Notes under the pieces: generated by a model
Databases searched by the model: none
What the model was told of the DNA's origin: nothing
Seen by the model: the letters and a program-made list of their open reading frames with translations, nothing else
Part shown: positions 12,726 to 24,500 of the stretch, piece after piece
Layout: each line of letters begins with the position of its first letter
Position numbering within the stretch: the first letter of the stretch is position 1
Translations under genes and position numbers: made by a program
Assembly: GCF_004010195.1 (NCBI RefSeq)
Contig: NC_057720.1
Location: 25,969,257 to 26,032,745, forward strand
Origin: Chiloscyllium plagiosum
Taxonomy: Eukaryota
DNA length: 63,489 nt
Reading direction: 5' to 3'

Positions 12726-14044
12726 CAATAGGATGAGGTATACAGGAGGACATAAAAGAGACATATGAGACAGGTATGGCAATAATCATAGATGATTTTA
12801 ATCTACATAAAAATAGGGCTGCATCAGATTGACAAGAGGAACCTTCATGATGGGTTCAAAAAGTATATTTGAGAAAGTTTCTTAAAGCAGCATGTTCTGG
12901 AACCAACATAAGAACAGGCTATTCTGGATCTGGGAATGGGCAATGAGAAAGATTAATTAGTGTCCTGTTGGTAAGTGCACCCCTAGGTAGCAGTGATTAT
13001 CATATGATTAAATTTCCTATTCAGTTTGAACAAGGGAAGAGTGCACTGAACACTAGTTTTAAACTTAACCAAGAGCAATCATGGGAACACAAAGACTAAA
13101 ATGAACTGGTCAGAGTTTTCCAGCAGCACTGGAAAAACATATTCTGCTGAGAAAGAAAGATTCTAGGGAAATGACACACTATCCGTGGCTAATTAAGGAC
13201 ATTAAAGATGATATCAAATAGAAAGAGAATGTATGTTTCTGCAAAGCTGATTGTCAGGTCAGATGATTAGACAGAATATGAAGAACAGCAAAGAACGACT
13301 AAAAGGTTAATAAGGAGGGAAAGGTTACAGCTCAAGAGAAAGCTGGTTAGAAACATGCAACCAAATAATAGTGTTGTTACTGTCGAGGATGAATTTGTGA
13401 AGAGAATACAGGATGGTTTTCTGCATCAAAGCAATCAACTAAAGAAGCTATTTGAGACAGAGTATCGTGCAATAAGAAAGGAATCATTGAAAATTTAGTT
13501 GTGTGAGGCCCTGGGGATGAATGCCCATAATATGATAGAAATTTTCATGAAGCTGATTTGCCCAAACTATATACAGATTAAAATCACCCAAAACTACAGA
13601 TGTTTCTTTATTGTATGTGTGTCTGACTTCCTGTTTAAAGCCATTCCCAACATCACCTGTACAATTTGGCGGTCTATATACAACCCCACTTACAATCTTT
13701 AGTGTTTCTCAGTTCTACCCCTATGGATTCCACATCACTGGACCTAATATGGTCCCTCACTATCATGTTAATTTCCTCTTTAACCAGCAATGCAGCTCCA
13801 CTGCCTTTTCCTTCTGAGTGCCCATCCTAAGTATTGAATACTCCGGATATTCAGATCTTTTCTCTGGCCCCACTGCAACCATAGGCAGATCTCCACTCCT
13901 CTTCCTTGAACGGTGCCTATGATGTGTTTAAAACCAAAATATTGTGGATGCCAGAAGTCAGAATTAAAAACAGAAAAATGTTCGAGAAACTCAAGAAGTG
14001 CAGAAGGTATGTTCCTGAGGCTGTAGGGACACCAGATCCTGAGG

Positions 14045-14346
14045 TCACAGTCTAAAGATGTGGGGTATGGCATTTAGGACTGAGATGAGGAGAAATTTCT
14101 TCATCCAAAGAGTGGTGAGCCCGTGGAATTCTTTGCAACAGAATGCCTTTGAGGCCACAGCATTGAATGTTTTCAGGAAGGAGTTAGACATAGTTCTTAG
14201 GGCTAAAGGAATCAAGGGCCAAGGGGAGAAAGTGGGGATAGGGTACTGAGTCGGACGATCAGTACACATTAAATGGTACAGCAGGCTTGAAGGGATGAAT
14301 GGCCCACTGCTCCTAATTGTAATGTTTGCATACCTATGTTTCTATG
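14045..14346 (+). mobile_element. CR1 3' fragment
   Basis: FRTEMRRNFFIQRVVSPWNSL peptide and CR1 tail. Confidence 0.9.
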
Positions 14347-15084
14347 TCTCCATAATCCTGACCTTACTAAACCTGTTTTCATCGATTTGGTTGATTAATT
14401 GTCTATTGTCTATTGTCTATTGTCTAATTCATTCAGTTTGTTGTGAATGCTCTATGCATTAAGGCACAGAGCCCACAGGCTGGCCTTTTTAACATTACTT
14501 GACCCATTCCCATTATTTTTCATGGTGACCCTGTTTGATCCTGGCCTATGAATGCCTATCGCTTTTCTTATTCCATTTTCTGCCTTTTGTTCTTGACCTT
14601 GATTCCCCTTCCTCTGGCTCCGAACTTGTACGCAAATGCAGCAAGTGATTCGAAAGACAGTTGGAAGTGTTATTGCTTATTGCAAGAGAAATCGAACAAA
14701 AGTAGAGGGAATTCATGTCTGGAGTACTGTGCACAGTTTGGTCTCCTTACTTAAGACAAGATGTAAGTAAATGCTTTACAAACAATTCCGAGAAGATTAA
14801 TTCAACTGATACCAGGGATATTTGGATTTTTGAATGAAGGAAGTTTAGTCAGGTTGGTACTGTATTCATTGAAGTTTCAATTAGATCACCTCTCATTCTT
14901 TTAAACATTTAAGCTCCTCAGGGGAATAAAGACAAAAAGTACTGGAGAAATCTAATAGTTCTGGCATTATCGCTGGAGAGAGAAACCGAATTAACCTTCA
15001 TCTTCAGCACGACGAATTCTGAAGAGTCATTGGACTCATATTTAACGTTTAAATGAGGAGTATTTTCTTTTGCTCAGAATCGAA

Positions 15085-15378
15085 GAACAAAATCCCCTAT
15101 TGTGTGGAAGCTGGCCATTCAGCCCATCGAGTCCACATTGACCCTCCAAAACGCATCCCACCCACACCCCTACTCCTCTCCTAACCCTGCATTTCCCACA
15201 GGCAGTCCATCTAACCTGCACCTCTTTGGACTGTGGGAGGAAACCAAAGCACCAGGAAAAAACCCATGCAAACACAGGGAGAATGTACAAACTCTACACA
15301 GACGGTTGCCCAAGGATGGAATTGAACCCGGGTCTCTTGCACTGTGAGGCAGTGGTGCTACTCACTGAGCCACCATGT
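15085..15378 (-). mobile_element. HE1-type V-SINE
   Basis: tRNA head with A/B boxes, V domain and CR1-like tail. Confidence 0.9.
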
Positions 15379-15401
15379 TGACCCTTATAAAGGCAACCAT
15401 T

Positions 15402-15610
15402 GAACATAGAACATAGAATGTTACAGCGCAGTACAGGCCCTTCGGCCCTCGATGTTGTGCCAACCTATCATACCAATCTGAAGCCCATCTAACCTACACT
15501 ATTTCATGTATGTCCATATGCTTGTCCAATGATGACTTAAATGTACTTAAAGTTGGCGAATCTACTACCATTGCAGGCAAAGCATTCCATACCCTTAATA
15601 ATCTCTGAGT
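15402..15610 (-). mobile_element. 5'-truncated CR1 3' end
   Basis: gaacatagaacatagaatgttacagcgcagtacaggccc tail on +. Confidence 0.9.
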
Positions 15611-15678
15611 AGTGTAGGATTGAATTCATGATCCTGTGATTTTAGAATCATATGCTCTCTTGACTGAGCTAGCCAGGT
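15611..15678 (-). pseudogene. Decayed tRNA-Lys-like copy
   Basis: Minus strand acctggctagctcagtcaagagagcatatgattctaaaatcacaggatcatgaattcaatcctacac aligns by eye to vertebrate tRNA-Lys(CTT); anticodon loop and B box damaged. Confidence 0.6.
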
Positions 15679-16147
15679 ACACCAGGTCATGAATCTTTGG
15701 AATTATCTTTGCTAGAGATGTAGGGTCAGCAAATTCTTTTAAGGCACAAGGAAATAGACTGTTGGGTAACAAGGGAGTCAAATGTCATTGAGAGTAGAAA
15801 AGTGAAATTGAGGCCACAGTGTGGTGAGCCCTGATTGTACTGAATGATAGAGCAGGTTAGAGCATCCACATGGCCTAATCTTGCTCCTAATTTATGTTGT
15901 TATATTGTTTAGACAAAGACAGAATTGAGCCCATTGTATCATATAGTAACATATTTTGATGAAGGCCTTTCAGGACAATTGTTGCTAAACTGACTTTATA
16001 TTCATTTTAATCCCATGAATGAAATGTGACAAAGATCAAAATTGGACTCAATAGACATTACACAAGGAAATGGTTTTGGAATCATTACATATCAAACAAC
16101 TTGATAAAAGTTAAACTTTATCATTAAATAAGTACTAGTAGTAAATC

Positions 16148-16343
16148 TGTGAAACTGTCAGAGGAAGTGGTGGATGCAAGTACAATTACAACATTTAAAA
16201 GATATTTGGATAAGTACATCAATAAGAAAGATTTGGAAGGATATGGGCCAAACACATGCAAACGAGACTGGCTTAGTTTGGGAACATGGGCGACATGGAC
16301 TAGTTGGATTGAAGGGTCTGTTTCCATTCAGAAGGCTCGATGA
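16148..16343 (+). mobile_element. HER1-like CR1 3' end
   Basis: LSEEVVDASTITTFKRYLDKYINKKDLEGYGPN. Confidence 0.9.
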
Positions 16344-17599
16344 CTTTTTAAAATATATGCTTTCTGTTCCGGAAGTGATATAATTGCTAGGTTTTTATGT
16401 ATCAATTAAAAAATGAAATCATGGAGAAAGAATTTATTTTAACCTCAGTTTTCTGACCATCTATACAACAGGTAGCATAGCAACCAAAAGGTTGTTCTGT
16501 GAGTAAACTACTTCTGGGAAAACAAAAAAAATGGAGAAGTGCCAACTCTGTGTCAGTTACTTCAGAGACAGTGATATTTAATGTGTCTGGAGCCTAAACA
16601 ATCTGATAAATGTCTCCAAGTATATGTATAACTGTTCCATCAATCAAGAACACTCCCATTGAACAAAGCGAGAGATGTCTGAACGGGCAGCTCAAACCTC
16701 CTTGGTGTAGAGCCAAAGAGCAGCTCAATTCTAGTGATAAATGTTTCTGACCTGTGTCTAATTCAGTTTGACTTTTGGAGCCAACATAACTATCAGATAG
16801 AGGCAACATTGACATAGTGGCTCCACTGTGACTTCCTGGGTATTTACAGAAGGTGCAGTCTGTTGACAGGGGAATATAGATTGATGCATAATGAATGTAA
16901 AATGTTTGATATTCTGGGTTTGTATTTTATCAGTGGTGAATTCTGGTGCATTGTCGTTACTTGATTAAAGCTAATTGTGATAGATGGATCTCATCATTCA
17001 CATTGTGATACAAGCACCTAAATCATGAAGCAACGGCAACTATTGTAAAGAAATTATATGTTCTGGATGATTCAAAATAAAGGGAAATCTATTGTAAACT
17101 AAATTCATTTGGACATAGCCTGTTAACTTCAGTGATTCTATTTCTACCATCCTGTAAGACAAAGCTATCTTTTCCATTGTGAATTATGCACTGATTTTCA
17201 AAGGGTTTTTTTAAGTACAGAGATTGCAGAAATGTGAGGGTCAGAGGCTCCTGAAAAAGGAGGATTTCAATTTGAAAAAGCTATGTTTCAAGGGCTTAAT
17301 TGAAAGTGTGAGGCACAAATTCAATAGCTATTTCAAAGGGCTTGAACAGGCATGATGGCTTGAATGGCCTAATTCCATGCTCTATCATTCCATGACATTA
17401 AACTTAGCATTTCAGGGCCAGTATTTGCAGTCTGTATTAAGCAAACATAAAACTAGGAAGGAGGAATATATTCAATGCTGGCAGGTGGGACTAGATTGGG
17501 TTGGGATATCTGGTCGGCATGGACGGGTTGGACCGAAGGGTCTGTTTCCATGCTGTAAATTTCTATGACTATAATTGCTTTCACATTAAAGGTAAGATC

Positions 17600-18236
17600 T
17601 CTCTTTAACGTAAGCCTTGATTCAGGTGGTTCTCATGATATTGACTCAACAGACTGCTTTCAAATCCTTTTCCATGAATTTGAGTTCATTACAAAGCTTA
17701 TAATTTCAAAGTGGAAGGGATGTGATAGTGCTGCAGAGCTTGAAAGTCTATCTTTCAGACAAGATGTTAAACTGAGGTGTGTTACATAAAGGTAAAACCA
17801 TGATAGTCCTCTCAGACAACAAGACTTCTCCCTCATTAGTCAAAGACAACTGGTGGTGTTTTATCTTAAGGGTCACCATACTTCAGGAGAAGTTAAGAAA
17901 GAGAGTCCTTCAGCTGGTGTAGGAATTGAAATCACACTTTGGCATTACACGGTATTAGTGACCAACCATCCTGCAAACTGAGCTAACCAACTCTGGTGGT
18001 CAATGGAATCTCATGGGATCTTTCAGAAAAGTGCAGGGAGTTCTGGCCAATATTTATCATTCTCCCAAAGTGGTTAATTTGGCTATTTATTCTACTGTTA
18101 TTTGTGAGATATTGCAGTGCACCAATTAGCTATCATGTTGTGACAATGTATGTATATTCAAAAGAGTTTATTAACCATCAATACTTTGGAATAGTCTAAC
18201 AATGTGAAATGTACTGTCTAAATGAATGTTTATTTT
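17600..18236 (+). mobile_element. Decayed Deu-type SINE with a nested minus-strand tRNA-SINE (~17790-17990)
   Basis: tctttcagacaagatgttaaactgagg; ctggccaatatttatc; nested A box ggttagctcagtt on minus. Confidence 0.5.
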
Positions 18237-19897
18237 TCAATGTGAAATAGGGTTTGCAAATCATTTTTCTGTGATGACTAAAGGAATCCTTTGCATAATG
18301 TTCATGTTTCTGATGGGGAGCCTCACACAATGCAAGTGCTTATCTGAAACCCAGACACAAAACTTAAGTAATACAATGTGAGAATATCATATTTTAACTA
18401 AGGCATATATTTTGTTTTAGGGCATTGAAACTATCTCCTCTCCATCTGTCTTCTATTTTAATGGGACTGTGAAGTTGGTCTGTACTTGTAAATGCTAGTG
18501 TCAGGTTTATCAGTTTTAATAACATCAGTCAAGTAATTTTGTCAGTGGAAAGTGTTTTACAGAACAGATCAAAGATAATAGTTTCAATAAGAATTGCAAC
18601 TCCCCAGTTATAATTAACTTTCTTGACATCACTCTGTTCAAAGAGAATTTTCAATGCTTCCTTTGACATGGGACCATTTACATTACAGAAGACCCTGTGA
18701 TAAACCTTGTGCTGTTGGAACTAACATAATGTCAAAGGAACTTGAGTTATGCAGAGGGAATTTTAATAGATATCTATCTCTGATCTTGTTGGTTTCTATT
18801 GTGTTTTGTACCTCAGAGATGCACAGAGATGACACGCCAGGTTCTATATGAGAATGAAGCTTTATTCCAATGCTATTAAAGTATCTGCTGCCATAAGCTT
18901 ACTGCGTGGTTCTCTTTCTCTGTAAGCACACCCACAGGCTAGACTGACAGCACAGAGAGCAATCAAGAGACACACATATTGAATGCAATAGTAGTTTTAT
19001 TTAAAAACATATGCTTTTAAATGTTAGGTACTAGCGGACATTGGAGCAGATCTGCATCAAGTGGAATTGTGCGTGAACTGTGTGCTTATTGCCCTAGCAA
19101 ATCTGGAAAGATGAATAATATCCTCACTTTTCACTCCTGACGTTAATAAAACACAGTCTGAACTTTTTTGATTTGTTTTTCAATTTAGTATGTACACAAA
19201 CATAGTGGTATAAAAAAATCAAGCCAGTTAACAAAAATTAAGGAATTAGTTTTATCATAAATTTACTTAAATGAAAATATAAAGTATTAAAATGTAAAAA
19301 TGTATCCTGAATTCTGCAGCACAGAAGCTCACAAGCACACAGGCACACAGATGTGGAAAGGGAAATATGGAATTGGGGAAAAAAAAGTCATTAAAACGAG
19401 GCAGTGTCTTTTAAATTGGAATCAGTCTGTATCTAAGAGTGGGTACTATGGCACTTGAAGTTCCTTATATTTTTAAATTCTCTACCTTTGCGATGTATTC
19501 CTAATTGTAACCGAAATAGGTCTGACCTTAAAAGAACTGTTGAGGGAAAGATGCTGTTATTCCATTCTATAGACTTTCTTAATGCTATTGTCTTTCTGTA
19601 ATGAACAGACAACCTTATGTTATTCCCAGATTTTGATCATGTGACTCACAATTGGCATTATTGACACACAATGGAGATAATCAATATTAATGAAGGAGTT
19701 TCAAACTCCCATCAACAGGACTAGGAAGATGGCAGTGAATCAGAAGACGAGTCTACAGCACCTCTGTTGTACAATGGACTTTGCTGGGTTCCCTTTGTCT
19801 CGGATAATGTCTGCTGAAAAGTTGGGCTGCTGCCCACTTTCCTTGGGTATTTTCCAGGTAGTTCGAATGATGGCAAGTGTGACATTCTGCAGGGTAA

Positions 19898-19980
19898 ATA
19901 GAGTCATAGAGTAATAGAGATGTATAGCATGGTAACAGACCCTTCGGTCCAACCCGTCCATGCCGACCAGATATCCCAAC
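19898..19980 (-). mobile_element. HER1 tail fragment
   Basis: atagagtcatagag...acagacccttcggtccaacc. Confidence 0.9.
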
Positions 19981-19984
19981 CCCG

Positions 19985-20662
19985 CTCAGACATTTCTGCC
20001 GGAGCCTTCAAGACTCAACATTGAGTTCAATAATTTTAAGGCCTGAGCACCTATTTCCACGTCCTTTGCCCACACCCACACCCCAGGCCTTGTCATCGCA
20101 TCAGCTGCTTTCATCACAGCCAACCCATTTTCACCAACTGGTGGTCCCCATTTGCAGCTTTCCTTTTTCCCTGGCTCGACATTATCTATTCCTTTGTCTA
20201 GGCAAAAGTGAGGACTGCAGATGCTGGAACTCAGAGTCTAGATTAGAGTGGTGCAGGAAAAGCACAGCAGATCAGGCAGCATCTGCGGAATAGGAAAATC
20301 GATGTTTTAGGCAAAAGCCCTTCATCAGGACTGATGAAGGGCTTTTGCCCGAAATATCAATTTTCCTACTCCTCGGGTGCTGCCTGACCTGCTGTGCTTT
20401 ACCGCCACCACTCTATCCTATTCCTTTGTCTGCCCGACAGCTGTTCTCTCTCTCTGTGAGCTCCATCTCCAACTATCATTCACTCCCTTCCCCTCCACCT
20501 TCTCTCCATCCCCACCTTTGTCTGCGGCATAAGTACCATCTGTTCCTAGCTACAATCAGTTCTGTAGAAGAGTTACTGAAACATTGACTATGCTTTCTCT
20601 CCACAGACAGTACCAGATCTGTTGAGTTTCTCCAGCAATTTCTGTTTTTGTTTGTTTCAGAC
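19985..20662 (+). mobile_element. PLE 3' end containing a nested self-inverted family-A insert (20200-20417)
   Basis: GLNIEF-type C-terminus and terminal repeat; nested insert has 14-bp TSD CTATTCCTTTGTCT at 20186-20199 and 20418-20431. Confidence 0.8.
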
Positions 20663-21599
20663 ATTTCTATTGTTCATCCACATAAATGACTTTAGAAACT
20701 TGTCCTCTATTGCAGGTCAAGTGACCTTTGTGGCCATTTTAAAACACAGCATCCTGGAACATTTGAAGGTTTTTTTCAACAGAAGTCCGAGGTATTAATT
20801 CAATGGATGGAAATAAAGATTAATCATCCATATCTTGATAACTTCATAAAATTATTGTGTAATTATAGCCATCCATAGCTGCTTTAATCTATGATAGGAT
20901 AGCATTCTAACATTGCTCAAACAAGGAATCATTCATGCCAGGCAACAATACAAACACGAAGGTAAATCCTGGAATTAGCACCATATAGTTCAACAGCAGT
21001 TCATAATGAAACCTATGTTGAAAATATGTATTTGGAGTAATGGAACATGCATAACGGTGCCATTGTGCTGATAATGGCTTTAAAACCTAAGGTAATTACT
21101 GCTTCTTCATAGTTCCCAGTGGATTCGTAAAACACCAGTAAAATATTTATTAGAACATAGGTGCGAGGAAGAGAGCCTGTCATTTCACATGCTTTTGGTG
21201 CATTACAAGCATGACTAATTTAAATATACCTGAATACTTTCAGAATAGATGTCAAGCTGTGTCAGCCAGTTTACATTGAATGAAAACTAGATTAGCTGCA
21301 ATTCCATAGAATATCACCTATTTATTCTGACTTTTCATCAGAGCTCTGACTTGAAACGTTAGCTTGCTCTCTCTCCACGGATGCTGCCAGACTTGCTGTG
21401 ATTTCCAGCATTTTTTTTGTTTTCAGTACAGATCCTAGCATCTGCAGTAATTTGCCAATATCACAAAATTCTTGCGCTATGTCTCATAGTTAGCATGCTA
21501 ACTGTATACTCATGATTTTTTAACACTGTATCATAGCATGTGACTTGAGGACACAAAGGTCTCCATTTTAACTGGAGCTACTTGTAATCTAACTGGTGA

Positions 21600-24500
21600 T
21601 AACAATCTGCTCCTTGCAACATCTTTCATGAGATTCTAACCCACTGTGGTAGAATGGACCATATGTGGTGCCATTAAAGCAGTTGAAGTTGAAGGCATCT
21701 TCAAGGTAGATCCATTACTCTCTCGCCAGGATTTGCATCAACACTTGCGATCAGTAAATGCCAAAGATGAACAAAGACAGAAGATCATTATTCAAGGATG
21801 GCCTGACAGTATTAAACCAACAGCTATACATATTTGTTGACTTTAGAACACAGAACATGGAAAAGTACAGCACAGAACAGGCCTTTTGGCCCATGATGTT
21901 GTGCTGAGGGTTGACCTAATGTAAAATAAAATAACAAAACGACCCACCCCCCCAATTCACTGCTGTCCATGTGCATGTCCAGCAGTCGCTTAAATGACCC
22001 TAATGACTCTGCTTCCACCACCACTACTGGCAACACCTTCCATGCATTCACAAATCTCTGTGTAAAGAACCTTCCTCTGACGTCCCCTCTATGCCTTTCT
22101 CCTAATATCTTAAAACTATGACCCCTCGTGCCAGTCAATCCTGCCCTGGGGAAAAGTCTCTGGCTATTGACTCTATCCATGCCTCTCATTACCCATATAC
22201 CTCGGTCACATCACCTCTCTTCTTCTTTCTCTCCAGAGAGAAAAGTCTGAGCTTAGCCAACCTCTCTTCATAAGGCAAGCCCCCCAGTCTAGGCAGCATC
22301 CTGGTAAACCTTCTTTGCACCCTTTCCAAAGCCTCTGTATCTTTCCTATAGTAGGGCGACTAGAACTGGATACAATATTTCAAGTTTGGTCTCAGCAGGC
22401 ACATGTAGAGCTGTAGCAAAACCTCACGGCTCTTAAACTCGATCCCCCTGTTAATGAAAGCCAACCTATCCACTTGGGTGGCAACTTTGAGGGATTAATG
22501 TACTTGAACACCAAGATCCCCCTGTTCCTCCACGTTGCCAAGAATCTTGTATATAATCCTACATTCAGCATTCAAGTGTGACCTTTCAAAATGCATCACT
22601 TTGCATTTATCCAGGTCGAACTCCATCTGCCATTTCTCAGCCTGGCTCTGCATCCTGTCAATGTTGCGCTGCAGCCTGCAATAGCCCTCAATGCAATCTA
22701 CGGCACCTCCGACCTTTGTGTCATCTGCAAATTTACTAAACCACCCCTCAACCTCCTGATCCAAGTCATTTATAAAAACTACAAAGAACAGAGGCCCAAG
22801 AACAGAGCCTTGCGGGACACCACTCAACACTGACCTCCGGGCAGAATACTTTCCAAATACAACCACTCTCTGTCTTCTGTCAGCCAACCAATTCTGAATC
22901 CAAATAGCCAAATCTCCCTGTATCCCATACCTCCTGACTTTATGAATGAGCCTACCATGGGGAAACTTATCAAATGCTTTGCTAAAGTCCATATACACCA
23001 CATCCACTGCTCAACCTTCATCGACCTGTCTTGTCACCTCCTCAAAGAACTCAATAAGATTTGTGAGGCATGATTTGCCCCTCACAAAGCCATGCTGACT
23101 GCCTTTAATCACACTATGCTTTTCCAAAAAGTCATAGATCCTATCCCTCAGAAATCTTTCCAAAACTTGCTGACCACAGACGTAAGACTGACTGGTCTGT
23201 AATTGCCAGGGATTTCCCTATTACCCTTCTTGAAAAGAGGAACAGCATTCACCTCCTTCCCATCCTCTGGTACGACTCCCATGGAGAGTGAGGAGGCAAA
23301 GATCCTTGCCAGCGGCTTAGCACTTCCTTTCTCGCTTCCCGGAGCAGCCTAAGAAAAATCTGCTCTGGCCCTGGGGACTTACCAATCTTAATGTTTGCCA
23401 AAATTTCCAGCACACAACTTCATTAATCTTGATCTGTTCAAGACTGTATCCCAGCTCCTCAAAGTTCTCATTCACAACAAGTTCCCTTTCTTTCGTGAAA
23501 ACCGAAGCGAAAAACTCATTTAGGGCTTCTCCTATCTGCTCAGACTCCATGCACAACTTCCCTATGCTATCCCTGATTGACCCTACTTTCTCCCTGATCA
23601 TTCTCTTATTCCTCACAAATAAGTAAAATGCCTTTTGGTTCTCCCTAATCCTTTGTGCCAAGCCTTCTCATGCCCCCTCCTGGCTCTCCTCGGTTCATTC
23701 TGAGCTCCTTTCTAGCAAGCTGGGAATCATCTAAAGCTGTGCTAGATCCTTGTTTTCTCCACCTTACATAAGCTGCCTTCTTCCTTTTGATGAGAAGCTC
23801 CTCTGTTATTGTCATCCAAGGCTCCTTAATCTTACCCCTTCTTATCTGGTTCAGAGGAACAAATTTGTGCATCATTTGCAACAACTGCTCCTTAAACAGT
23901 CTCCACATGTCTGCTGTGCCCTTTCTGTGGAACAATTGCTCCCAATCTGTACTTCCCAACTCCTGTCTGATAGCGTCATAGCTTCCTTTTCCCCATTTAA
24001 GTATCTTCCCTTGGTAACTGCTCCTTTCCCTCTCCAAGGCTATGGTAAATGTGAGGCAGTTGTGGTCACCAAATCCAAAATGGCCTCTCCCCTCATCGGT
24101 CTGTCTACATACTGAGTAAGGAAACCCTCCTGAACACCTGACAAAAACGGCTCCATCTAAACCATCTGCAATGAGGAGGTTCCAGTTGATATTGGGAAAG
24201 TTGAAATCACCCATAACAACAACCCTGCTACATCTACATTTTTCCAAAATCTGCCTGCCTATGAGTTCTTCAATCTCCCTACTGCAATTAGGGGATCTGT
24301 AGAAAACCTCAAATGAGGTGGCTGCTCCCTTGCTGTTCCTAACTTCCACCCATACTGATTCAGTAGACAAACCTTCCTCAACAAGCTTGGTTTCTGCAGC
24401 TGTGATGCACTCTCTGATTAGCAATGCTACACCCCCTCCTCTTTTTCCACCCTCCCTGTTCTTTTTAAATGTTCTAAACCCTGAACATGTAGCAACCATT

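Larger units (their letters stand above)
10420..13560 (+). mobile_element. Old decayed CR1 (ORF1 esterase plus ORF2 endonuclease region) with nested inserts
   Basis: Remnants of HLGSDNMG (HVGTND motif), LKAL..SI..KGDEL, and II.DDFNL (GDFN motif). Confidence 0.65.
14630..15900 (+). mobile_element. Old CR1 RT 3' region with nested PLE, HE1, CR1 and tRNA copies
   Basis: LEYCAQFW-like motif at ~14718; tail remnant ~15840-15900. Confidence 0.6.

Noticed and set aside
19720..19886. Minus-strand terminal-exon candidate, open in all three frames (e.g. ...QQRCCRLVF*, ...HCTTEVL*)
   Set aside because: No recognisable homology; its polypyrimidine tract comes partly from an adjacent CR1 tail; the region may be a decayed MITE
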